A stretch of DNA of 64,000 bases from Auanema rhodensis (taxonomy: Eukaryota > Animalia > Nematoda): assembly GCA_964057225.1 (NCBI GenBank), contig OZ059895.1:7688001-7752000 (forward strand), read 5' to 3'. Under the pieces are notes generated by a model. That model was not told the DNA's origin and did not search any database. It saw only the letters and a list, made by a program, of their open reading frames with translations. Position 1 is the first letter of the stretch. Every line of letters begins with the position of its first letter. Shown in pieces: positions 14,170 through 24,997 of the stretch. Both the position numbers and the translations under genes were made by a program.

Positions 14170-15736
14170 ATGTTGTGTTGTCCTTTATGTAGACTGCAGT
14201 ACGGTAATTTAAAACTAATTTTTTAATTTTTTAAATAATATTGTAATAAATATTAAAGATGATGCTCGTCGTTTACCAATGTTAGGGTTGTGTGGTCATA
14301 CTATTTGTGCCATATGCCGTTCAAATCTGTAAGTTAAAGAGCTTCAATAGGAACAAACTTGTTTATATTTTTGTGTTGTTCTTATTGTTTTTATTATTTA
14401 GTGTTCGACGACAATGCCCTGTGTCATTAAGATGTTCATTAGTAAAATATTCCTTTTTATTTCCAGCTGTTAATTACACTGTACAAGGTTTTCAGTGTTG
14501 CTTATAATAATATATTTATTGTTTTATTGTTTTAGAACATGTAGATATGTTCAAGAGAATGAAGAGAAAAATGGACGATTTCAAACAAGGTTTAATATAT
14601 ATGTATAATTATACTTTATGCATATTTGTTATCTTCAGCGTTTCCTTTACGTAATTTCACCGAGTTGAGACAGAGCTTGATTGACTCTCACAGAGACGAA
14701 GCTCTAGAAAATTCAGTGCTAATTCAAGCCCTCTCTGACAAAATTTCAGAATTAAAATCTCAGTTAGAAATGTTGGAAAGGGGAAACCATGACGAACTGA
14801 ATGTGAGTAATATCCAATTGCTGAATGTTACCTTTGTTCTGCTTATGATTTATTTCAGAGCAGAGAAATGGATGTTGTTCAGTGTTCAAAATGCAAAGAA
14901 AGTATGGCTGATTGGCTCGCGATGTGCTGCGTGAACTGTATGGATGGAATTGAAGTTTCAAATTCTGGAGTAGTTATAACTGACTTAAAAAAGGTTTAAA
15001 ATATTTCTTATTCTGTTTATTTAATTTAACATATCACTCTTTAGCTCCGCAAAAATCAGTTGTGTGGCAATTGTATTTTGGAATCAGAACACAAGCATCA
15101 TCCATTTGATACTATAATAGCTTTCCAAGTACTTAATTCTTTTAATATTATGGTAATACTAGTTTATATAGGCCAGACATCTTATTCAAGAAAAGTTAAA
15201 AGATCAATTAGAAACTGTGAAGAGCCTAAAGTGGCCAAACGACGATAGTGGTGCCATACATTATCATGTAAGTTGTTTCAAAGGTGCTCTAGAAGTATCT
15301 GATTTTGTTTTAAACCGCTTCTAACTATTTTGAATTTAAATTACAGAATTTAAAAAGACTTATTACTGATTCAACATACTGCCGGTCTTTAAAACAGGTC
15401 AACGATATCATCCGAAATGTTCAAAACGGAGTATCTTCAGTATTGCAAATGCACCGAAAAGCATGGGACAATGCAAAGACTATTAACCAGGTTTCACTTT
15501 CTGTTCAGCTCTCACTTTATTTTCATCATCTTAAGAACTTGAGCTTCTCGAAAGAATTACGTAACCATAGAAAGAGAATATCAGCTGGTCGATCTGTATG
15601 TTCTGTATTTTAGTTTGCATTGAAATATCTTTTGTTCCAGAATACAAGAAGTCGACCAATCGTTTTCGGTACGCCAGAAGGAGCTCACTTAAGTAGGAGA
15701 AGTAATCGTTTAAGAACATTTGCTGCTGCCCACTAA
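14170..15736 (+). CDS. RING finger + coiled coil + B-box-like Zn finger + coiled coil protein (TRIM/RBCC-like putative E3 ligase), about 11 exons
   Basis: Spliced model: MLCCPLCRLQYDDARRLPMLGLCGHTICAICRSNLVRRQCPVSLRC...FPAVNYT (RING), a heptad-rich segment, then CSKC...CCVNC...LCGNCILESEHKHH (B-box-like). GT-AG introns keep the frame to TAA 15734-15736. Confidence 0.75.
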
Positions 15737-16003
15737 TCATTTTCATTACTAATAATTGGCATATATTTAAATATCAAATTTTAACATTCAATGTATTAAT
15801 ATTATTGGTAGCTAAGCTTATTGTTGTCTTAGTGTAATAACTTGAATAATTTTTTGAAAAAAAAAAAATATCTGAATAAATTTTCACTAGGAACCATTTA
15901 AAAAAAATTATCATCTCATTTCTTTAGAGATCCGATATACTTTAGATAGCAAACTATTTCTCCTAGAAAAAAGTCCCATGCTTAACTTTTTTAGCTCTTC
16001 GCT

Positions 16004-16827
16004 CTAGAGTGTGTCTGTAAGATGTTTATGTTTAGTTGAAAATAAAGAAATCTTACTCGATGTTAATTGCAGGTGAGGGATCACGGCCAGGGATCCGTAA
16101 AACTTTATGTCTGGCATCATGTGGATTCTGAAGTGGTGATTGAAAACAATGGTATATTTTTACTTACCCCAAATGAAGCTTTGGTGAAGGCAAAAAAGTC
16201 ATCTAGAATGGATTGCAAATTAGGAATAAAATAGGGACATACCTTTCAGAGTATTGCTACTTGTTCGACTTTGTCCATTGCTTCGTAAATCTAAACTTTG
16301 AGTTTTTTTTCGTAATTGGTTAACACGTTCTCGGAGTATCCTGTTTTCTTCTTGAGCTTTTCTTGAAGTTTATACGTTTGCAATAAAAGGTAGCACTATC
16401 TACTTTACTTGTAGTTGTGGATATGAGCTAATTCAAAGCGGTCCTGCGTCTTCTTCTGGAAAGTTAACATTCGTTTCAAAACTTCCATTTTCATTGCACT
16501 GAATTGATAAGGCTCTCCAAAATATGGCATCTGAAAAAGTTAGCCAGCCATTAAAATAAATTGGCTAGCAAATATAAAAGTTTTCCTCACAGCAACATGA
16601 GCTGGCACTTTGGTCAATTCCACTATCCCACCTGTGATTTTGCAAATAGCGCAAGATTTTCCGGAAGATTCATCTAGGATATATATGAAATATATTCAGT
16701 TCGAGAGCTTACTTTTCGCGCATTCTATGCAACTAATATGCCCACATTTACCGATAAATAAGGCTCTTTTTACTTCTGCAGCATCTCGATAACATTTATT
16801 ACAGTGAAGCCATGAGGGCAAAGACAT
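16004..16827 (-). CDS. ZHP/RNF212(B)-family meiotic RING-coiled-coil protein
   Basis: MSLPSWLHCNKCYRDAAEVKRALFIGKCGHISCIECAK...CAICK...YFGEP...LKRMLTFQKK then a coiled coil. This matches the WxHCNxC RING / YF.xP / FQ signature of ZHP-1..4/RNF212. The paralogue cannot be assigned and the 3' end is approximate. Confidence 0.75.
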
Positions 16828-17049
16828 TTTCTTAAATACTACATTAAATCTTTACATATATTTGAAACCCATTTATTTTAAAATAGTTGGAGTAAATTCG
16901 AAACGAACCACTTACTGCGATATATCATCGAAAAATGATCTTTTCTTTGCCCGATCATTCGCTGCGAGACCGCATTTAATCGAATGCCGTAATTCTCCAG
17001 AAAATAAGCTTATATGGGTATAAAGAAAAAAACAATATCAATATATTTA

Positions 17050-18596
17050 TTAAAATTTTCCTCCTCGTGCGAAAACATTGTTGCCAATATTAGCCATCGT
17101 TTGGTAATTAGGATCAAAAGCAGCAGCATGGTTCTGAAGCAACTCATGAATTGCAATCAAATACATAAATGATGGTTTGGAACCTTATTTGCGGGAGCTA
17201 CAGGACCTCGAGGCCCTTTCTTAAATACGTCGTCATTGATGCCAGCTAGGGTCTGGTAATTTGGATCCATAGCAGGGGCTTTACCAGCCTTAAATTAAAA
17301 ATATAATACAGAATCATGATTTAGACTACACATACATTAGTAGGTAATTTCGGTGCATTTGAAAATGGTTTGTTACCCCCAAAACTAGGTTTGTTAGCTT
17401 TTTTTTCAAATACGTCGTCCTTAACGTTCGCCATTGTAAGATAGTTAGGATCCATGGCTTCGGCTTTTCCACCCTTAAATGACGTGAGTATGAAAAAGAG
17501 CTTTACTATTCTTACAGCATTTGGAAGTTTGACTCCCGCTTGAGGTTTATTCACTACTTTCTTTTCAAATACATCTTTTTTTATATTTGCCATTGTCATG
17601 TAGTTGGGGTCCATTGCGTCGGCTTTACCTCCCTAAATATTAGACGAAACGTTAACAATTATCTTTCCTCAACGCCTACGTTTTGAGGAATCCCATTTCC
17701 TGTTCCAAAATTTCCAGCAGCTGCTTTTTTGTCTCCTCCGAATACATCTCCACGGACAACATTTAAAGTTTGATAGTTGGGATCTTGGGCACCAGCTACA
17801 TCATTTTTCCCTCTCATTCCAAATCCTGGGGCTTCTTTCTTTTCCTCGAAAACATTTCCAGCTACTGCAGCCATTGTTTGATAGTTTGGGTCGTGAGCAC
17901 CTTCAAACAATTCATCACAAGAACTGCCACTATGAGAGAACCTGCAACTCCTCCACCTCCTGGAGTCTGATGGTTTTCAGCGGCTTGTGCTTTTTTGAAA
18001 ACATCTTGCTGACATATATTCAGAGTTTGATAGTTAGGATCATTGACTCCTTATCACGAGTTACGCCTTATTTTAATTAAGCTTTATATACCTGCCAATT
18101 CATTTTTTCTCACTGGAACTATAGGTTGTTTAGCACCATTATTGACAGAATCTGCAAATCCAGCGAGAGTTTGGAAATTTTGGTCTAAGTTGTTACACTT
18201 CATAGGACTCTCTAATTCAACATCTAATCAAATTTGATCATCATGATACTATTCGCAACATTCGTTTTATAATTAAACGACTCACCTGGTTCACCATTTT
18301 CCTGCTCACTGTCTCCTACTTTAAGGGGCTTCTTTTTGTTTTTTTGTTTTTTTCCTGTAAAGTTATTAATATCCAAGAAAATATATATATACGAAGAGTG
18401 ATGTATCATGTATTACACATTCACCTTCCTACAATACCTACCAGTCTTGTCCGAACGGTCCTATAAATATAGCAATTAAGTAATTTTTTTTCTTTATGTA
18501 TACCTTTTTGCCTACACATTTTATTACCGTAAAACCCAGTAAAAATACAAATACATATCCTAGTAATATTCTATATATTAATTCTTCACTATTCAT
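17050..18596 (-). CDS. Nematode DUF236-repeat single-pass membrane protein
   Basis: N-terminal TM (ILLGYVFVFLLGFTVIKC), Lys-rich juxtamembrane segment, then 7 DPNY(Q/M/L)T(L/M)xxxxxxVF repeats plus one degenerate DQNFQTL copy, over about 10 short exons. Confidence 0.8.
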
Positions 18597-19082
18597 AACG
18601 ACCGGGCTTTGAACGCCAGCAAGTCAAAGTAAAAAGTTTCACGTAATCACGTAATACCTAAGAATGCAAGTGGAATAACTTTGTACTTAATGAGGTAATT
18701 TGTTATTTTTGCCTCAAGGAAGAAGAGAAATCAGGAAATTATAAAACAGCTTATTTTCTTTCTGATTACAAATCATTCTTCCTGCCTTTCGTGATCAATT
18801 GTCTGATGTATACAACGGAAATCAATCAGTTGTGTGAGCGGACACCTAAATTATTGTAAACTGATTATTATTAATTTCTTCTATATAACTTATGATCTGG
18901 ACAGGTTTATGCGTCATGCCACCTTTCATCTTACTGACAATTCAATGCGAACTACTTTTTCTTTGTTTGATCAGGAAATGAGAGAGAAAGAGGAATAGCT
19001 CATTTAAACATTCGGCAAAAATCTTTTCGTGTTCGCCAGACAATCTTATACTGTCGATTTGTTTGGTTTGACAATTTTCAGG

Positions 19083-19590
19083 ATGAGATTTTCACAAATT
19101 GTTGTAATTGGATTTGTTATTGGATCAGTTTTAGCACTAGAATGTTATAGTGGCTTCAAATATTTGGCTGGCCAAAGCGTAGGCAAGTTACTTTGAAGTA
19201 AGTGATAATAAAACCTTTTTTTTCGGAACCTCCAAAGAAACTTGCACAAGCTCAATGGATTTTTGCTATAATGCTACAGCGGATATATCACAGTTGAGCA
19301 ACGTGAAAATGGCTGGTTGTTCAGCAGCTAGATGTCTTGTAAGTTTTCTTTACTTTTAGTTTTGTGGAAATAATATATTTTTTTAAGTTGGCCCGAAACA
19401 AATGTATAAAACAAATTTTCAATGGCAAAGAGGTTCAATTTTGTTGTTGCAACAATGGAGATTTGTGCAACTCGAAGATGACTGTATGATGTTAAAACAA
19501 ACGGTTTACTCATTTTACTAATTTTAGAACCTATCGTTCTTTGAAAAAACCAAGCAACGCGTACAAGATTGGACCAAAATACTCGGATAA
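19083..19590 (+). CDS. Small secreted 10-Cys three-finger (Ly6/uPAR/activin-receptor-like) protein, paralogue A
   Basis: Signal peptide MRFSQIVVIGFVIGSVLA, then LECYSG...C...FCYNATA...GC...C...C...FCCCNNGDLCN. Four exons; TTTTCAG lies 1 nt before the ATG. Confidence 0.8.
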
Positions 19591-19668
19591 TATAATCTAT
19601 TCAACAATATACAAGCTTTTAACAATAAAATTCAAAAGATCAATAGTTAATAATTAGGAGAGTATTCA

Positions 19669-20229
19669 TTACTTTCCCATAAAACTCATCATACCCTTGA
19701 GAACTGACATTCCACGTTCTACAAAGGAACCACTTTCCTAAATCCATATCAATTTTCTCTTTTGAAGAAAAACTACTAACCACCATATTGCCACCGTTGC
19801 ATCGATCGCCATCATTGCAACAACAAAAGGTTACATTTTTATCCGCAATTACTTGTTCGAAGCATTTGTTTCCATTAAACTATAAAATGAGTCTTTGTCC
19901 TTATACAAAAAAAAAATAATACTTGACAAATCATTGTATTACATCCAGCAGTTTGGAGAACACTAAAAGAAGTTACATGAGCAGTAGCATTATAGCAATA
20001 GTCAGACTCCTTTCCACATTTCTTAGTATCAGATCCAATGGTTCCTCCTGTATTTAAATCTCTGATCAATGTGGTACACAAAATTAATATAGTATTATCC
20101 AACACGCATGTTTAAGCTTTCACTTTGAGTTTTACCTTTAACAACAGAATAACCATTATAGCACTCAAGAACAGCTAAGGATTCTAATACAAGAAGAAGG
20201 ATCAGAAAAGAAGGCAGAAAAATACGCAT
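19669..20229 (-). CDS. Small secreted 10-Cys three-finger (Ly6/uPAR-like) protein, paralogue B
   Basis: Signal peptide MRIFLPSFLILLLVLESLA, then LECYNG...CGKESDYCYNATA...GCNTMIC...KC...FCCCNDGDRCN. Four exons; Cys spacing matches paralogue A. Confidence 0.85.
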
Positions 20230-20476
20230 TTCGTGAAGAGCCTTACCGTTACACGTACAAGACGAAGAATTTTATAATGGCAGTATCACTGTTACACTGC
20301 GTTCAACTTCGACTAAAATATTGACTATGACAATTCTGTGACAACAATTAGTCTTCAACTTCATATTCCTTCGTTTTTTGCGTAGTGAACTGGGAACTAA
20401 CAACATATTTTTGGAACAATATTATTTTGAAACAAACGAATATATAACAAAAGCGTACAACACGAGAAGATAAAAA

Positions 20477-21355
20477 TTACGAAGCTTTAGGAGGCAATAA
20501 ATCAATACCATCTTCATTAACCTCGTCAACGTCACCAGCTCCCCAAAGACCTTCTAGATCATAACGGGCTCGAAGATCAGCACTCATAACGTGAACTTGA
20601 ATAGATCCTATAGCGACTTGAAACCAACCAAAGCCATTACGAACAGAACGCTTAGACACCTCAATAAAAATAATTAACGGATTTATCAAGTGTAAAACTC
20701 ACTGCTTCGTCAGACAAACGAGCAGACTTTCGAAGTGCATCTGCCATTGCGAAGCCATGTCGAGGATTGAAAGGGCTACATATTATCTAGAAGTCAGATG
20801 AAAATAGCATCAAAGAATACTACTAACCAATGTTGTGAAAAAGGTAGGCCCATCTTTCCCTAGTTCTAGCACCACGATGTCGGCTGCTTTCTCTTCATTT
20901 AAAAAGTTATAAATATCATCAAGAGAAGATAATCTATAAAAACAATGTATATATGGGAAAGTTGTATTGCAAATATACGTTGTCTCTTGCACTTCTTTCG
21001 CAGGTTTAAATTCTAATTCCTCTTTGGTGGAGTCTTCGTAATATTCTTCAACATACTGATTGAAATATTCTTGCATTTGCTTTATACGTTGTTCGGGAGT
21101 TAGAGATGAGGATGAAAAGAACTTTACAGAAGAATAACTACAATGAATATTCAATACTATATACGAGGAAGAGCAAGATTCATTTTACCTTATTTTTCTA
21201 CATTGCAAGGGGGTTTGTATGGATGGTAATGTTTTTAATTCTAAAAAACAGAAACTAATGGCATTTTAAGAGTATAACCAACCTCTGCTCAATAACTGGC
21301 CGATACTTGGCATCAACTTTGATGTTTTCCAATTCATCAAGCGCATCGAAGCCAT
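20477..21355 (-). CDS. MALSU1: Mitochondrial assembly of ribosomal large subunit protein 1 (RsfS/Iojap family); N-terminus overlaps PPIL3
   Basis: RsfS motifs FLNEEKAADIVVLEL, IMCSPFNPRHGFAMA, WFQVAIGSIQVHVMSADLRARYDLEGLW. The start at 21355 is inferred (see findings); the fallback start is the Met near 21076. Confidence 0.8.
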
Positions 21356-21921
21356 CGATAACTCTAAACAAATGTCATAACGATAAATATCTAAACATTT
21401 CACTCACTTTCCGAAAATTGTATATTTCAAGTCAAGATGTGGTTGCTTAGCGTAAGTTATGAAAAACTGAGACTTGTTGGTATTTGGACCGTTATTGGCC
21501 ATAGACAGGATACCACGAGCGTTATGCTAGAACAAAATCAGAATGTATAAAATATTACACAAATACCTTTAAATCAGGGTTGAGCTCGTCTTCAAAAGGA
21601 ACTCCCCAAATACTGTTTCCACCTTTCCCTGAACCACTTGGGTCTCCTGTTTGGACCATAAAATCTTTTATATTTCTGAAATACACTAATATTGAGAAAA
21701 CTAAACATTTAATTAACCTATGAAATATGTTATCTTTATAATAATCAGATGCACACAGGGCCAAAAAATTCTGAAATTATTAATTATCAAACGTTATCAA
21801 CGTACTACGGAGGCTATTATTTACTAAATTTGTTAAATCTTACCTCACAAGCCTTAGGACAATCCTCACAAAATAATTCAATTTTAATATCACCTGTGGT
21901 GGTATGCAACGTTACAGACAT
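21198..21921 (-). CDS. PPIL3: Peptidyl-prolyl cis-trans isomerase-like 3 (spliceosomal cyclophilin; C. elegans cyn-10 type)
   Basis: [37 protein letters not shown]...[15 protein letters not shown]...[37 protein letters not shown]...[10 protein letters not shown]. Confidence 0.95.
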
Positions 21922-22171
21922 AAGCAAACTAAGATTGTATTCAGTATTTTTCTTATTTAGATAGCGCTTATCTAAACCCTAACTATGCAAAATTCGTATT
22001 TTTAAATTTTAACTATCGTAAAAACAGTGCAGTTCAACGCAAAAGAAGCTGTTGACGCAAACAAGGTGTTATGGACATGTTGAACTGTTCAATACATGAC
22101 GCATCATATGATTCTGATTTTCACATTTCTCATTTCTTTATTCATTTTAAATTGAGTCATGAAAATTTATA

Positions 22172-23409
22172 TTAATCCATAATGTGGCAAGCTGGTCGTC
22201 CTGGCTCCCAATCATAAGGATATTCTTGTGTTCCCGTTGACATCATTGCTCGGCGCAAGAGCTGAACAAATTTTACAATAGCAACACTAGTTTGTAATTC
22301 ACTCACCTGGTATATTTGTTGATAATTTGGAGTATCGTAATATCTTAATGAATCTATGTGAGACAGACATTCACTGATTTCTCGTGGGCAACCATGAGGA
22401 AACAATTCGTGCGCAAACTGTTGAGATCGAACCCGACGCTTGTATTCACCAACCTTAGTCATATAACTTATATATCTTTGAGCTGCAATTACCTGATTCA
22501 TTTCATGACAATTGCTCCAGGGTACACGACCATACATGAGCTCTATTTGCATGTACAACCAGGATTCGACATCGTCTTTCCTAAAAATGACTTCACGTTT
22601 TGTGTTTGTATATCACTTTTACACACCGGCATAGTTCTTTTTGCATGTGACACATGATTGAAGCATATCTAACAGTCCCTCTAAAACCTGCAGCTTGTCT
22701 TGGTCTTCTTATAACGCCCTGTGTTTGTGCTATGTATCATAAGTATTTTACTCTTTTGTTTTACTTGTTCGTTAGTGAATTTACGGCACATTCCGAAATC
22801 CAAGATATAAACTACCCGAATCTCTCCTAACTCCTGTCTACCTATAGCATAGTTTCCGGGTTTGACATCTCTGTGTATGTATCCAATGTTGTGCAAATCT
22901 AAAAATATTTGGTAATCATAACTGTTTGTGCAACTTCACCTTCCAGTGCTTCTAATGCTTGAATTCCAACCGAAAGCGAACATCCCATTGTCATATGACC
23001 ACCAGGGCCAGCTTTACTGAGGTCCTACAATGTTTTCGAAATTGTGATAAGTTGAGAATAATTATAAACCTGTAGACACTTTGATACCAATGTCATTACG
23101 ACATAATTAAAGTTGCCAAATCTTCCCCTATCTTCAATCTTACAAAAATGACGTGACGATCTCTTTGTCAATTCTGTGAGTACATGTACTTCAAGTTTAA
23201 GAAGCTGAAATTATAAAACTATATTATAATCGTTTGTTATATTAATGAACCTGGATTTCTGCGTTAACAGCCTCTACTTTTAAGGCAAACGATTGCCCAG
23301 ACATATCTCTAACTTTGTAAACTGCTCCAAAACTTCCTTCTCCAAGTTTTTTTTCTATAACAAAGCGATCTACTTGAGTTCCAATTGGCGGATGCACAAT
23401 TTGAGCCAT
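22172..23409 (-). CDS. Tau-tubulin kinase / casein kinase 1 family Ser/Thr kinase (nematode-expanded TTBK-like)
   Basis: LGEGSFGAVY, ALKVE, LKLEV, IHRDVKPGNYAIG, ILDFG, FRGTVRYAS, KDDVESW; short C-tail YPYDWE. Confidence 0.9.
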
Positions 23410-23714
23410 GACCGCTCTTATTAAATTGTGACGCCAAAATGGAAACGAAAACCTTGAAATACCCACGCGAAATTCACGTTTACATTTCACGTGCTTTTTT
23501 CGCTAAGCAGTTGTTTTTTCCAATTTGTTTTGTTCGAAGTGACCTATGTTTCATAAGAGAGAAACATTATATTCAGCACAAGTGAATCATTTTCTGAGTC
23601 ATAGAAGATGACATTTTTCAGCTTGATTGTATGGTAGAAATTGCAAAATTTTCTAATCTTTATATTTCTCTTCTTTTTAATTACTCATTCGATTTTTTAC
23701 TTTCAGAATAAAAT

Positions 23715-24621
23715 ATGGGGAATGGAGAAAGCTCTATGGCTTTGGACAGTAAGATTTTAGAACAATTGTTAAGGTTTTTACATTTCTCATTTAAGAGCAT
23801 TTGTTTGAGCTTAAATTCGCCTCAAAACAATTAGAGCGTTCTGCAGCTAATTGCGACAAGCAAGAAAAGGTGGAAAAAGATAAATTAACTGCCGCTATTA
23901 AGGTCTTGATATGATCTGAAATTATATTAATAAAAGCTGCATTTACAGAAAGGTAATATGGAAGTAGCTAAAATTCATGCGGAAAATGCTATTAGAAAAA
24001 AGAATGAAGCTGTTAATTATATAAGAATGGCTGCTAGAATTGATGCAGTAGCTGCCAGAGTTCAATCTGCAGCTACACAGGTAAATCTTTAAACGTCATT
24101 AAACTAACGATTCATTATTTTAAGAGACGCGTTACTCAAAGTATGGCTGGAGTTGTAAAGGCTATGGAGAGCGCTATGAAGAGCATGAATCTAGAGAAGG
24201 TTCGATTTTATCATATTAGTTTTCTTAACGGCGAATTTTGTTTAGGTTCAACAGCTCATGGACCGATTTGAGCGTGATTTTGAAAATCTTGATGTACAAA
24301 CCGGCACAATGGAAAATACCATGGTTGGAACTACAGTTATGAATGCACCACAATCTCAAATTGATGCTCTGATCTCCGAAGCTGCTGACAAGGCTGGGTA
24401 TGTGTTTTTTGATCCTTGTACGCTCTCTAAAATTGACTGTTCTCTGAGTTCTTTGGCCGTTCTCTGAGCGTTTTATATAAAACTACGTTTATTTGTCTTC
24501 CAGAATCGAATTGAATGCTGAGATGCCATCTACCATTCCTACTGCTCTCCCCACTACCGGACAGTCAGTTGCTGAAGATCAGGAACTAACGCAAAGATTA
24601 GCAGCTCTCAGAAATAACTAA
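23715..24621 (+). CDS. CHMP1: ESCRT-III subunit CHMP1/Did2 (Snf7 family)
   Basis: [13 protein letters not shown]...[29 protein letters not shown]...[15 protein letters not shown]...[10 protein letters not shown] (MIM1 tail). Confidence 0.95.
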
Positions 24622-24997
24622 TTTTTAAAAGTTTATTCCTATTTTATGTACAGGTATTTCTGTAATTACGCTGTGTATATTTATGGAGCTCATGTGATTA
24701 TGTTTTTATACTTTATTTTCATTGATTTTATTGTTGCATACTGTAATTATGTACATTGTCAATGCTTATAAGGCAAGAGAAGTCTCGTTTTTATAACTAA
24801 TACGATATTATTACTAAAAAAAAACATTGCATGAATATTTGTGAAAAACTATGCTTTTAATTTGTTATCTATCATCTTGTTGAATGGTTATGCTTGCGTG
24901 TACTTTGTACTCTGCAATCCAGTCGCATTTGCGGGTTACCTTTTCATAGTATCGCTTTTTTGTCTGTACTTAATTCTTAATTCACTGAGTTTAGATC

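Noticed and set aside
21160-21183. ATG at 21183 as the MALSU1 start
   Set aside because: Stops after 8 codons, and the plausible 43-nt splice from it lands out of frame with the RsfS domain.
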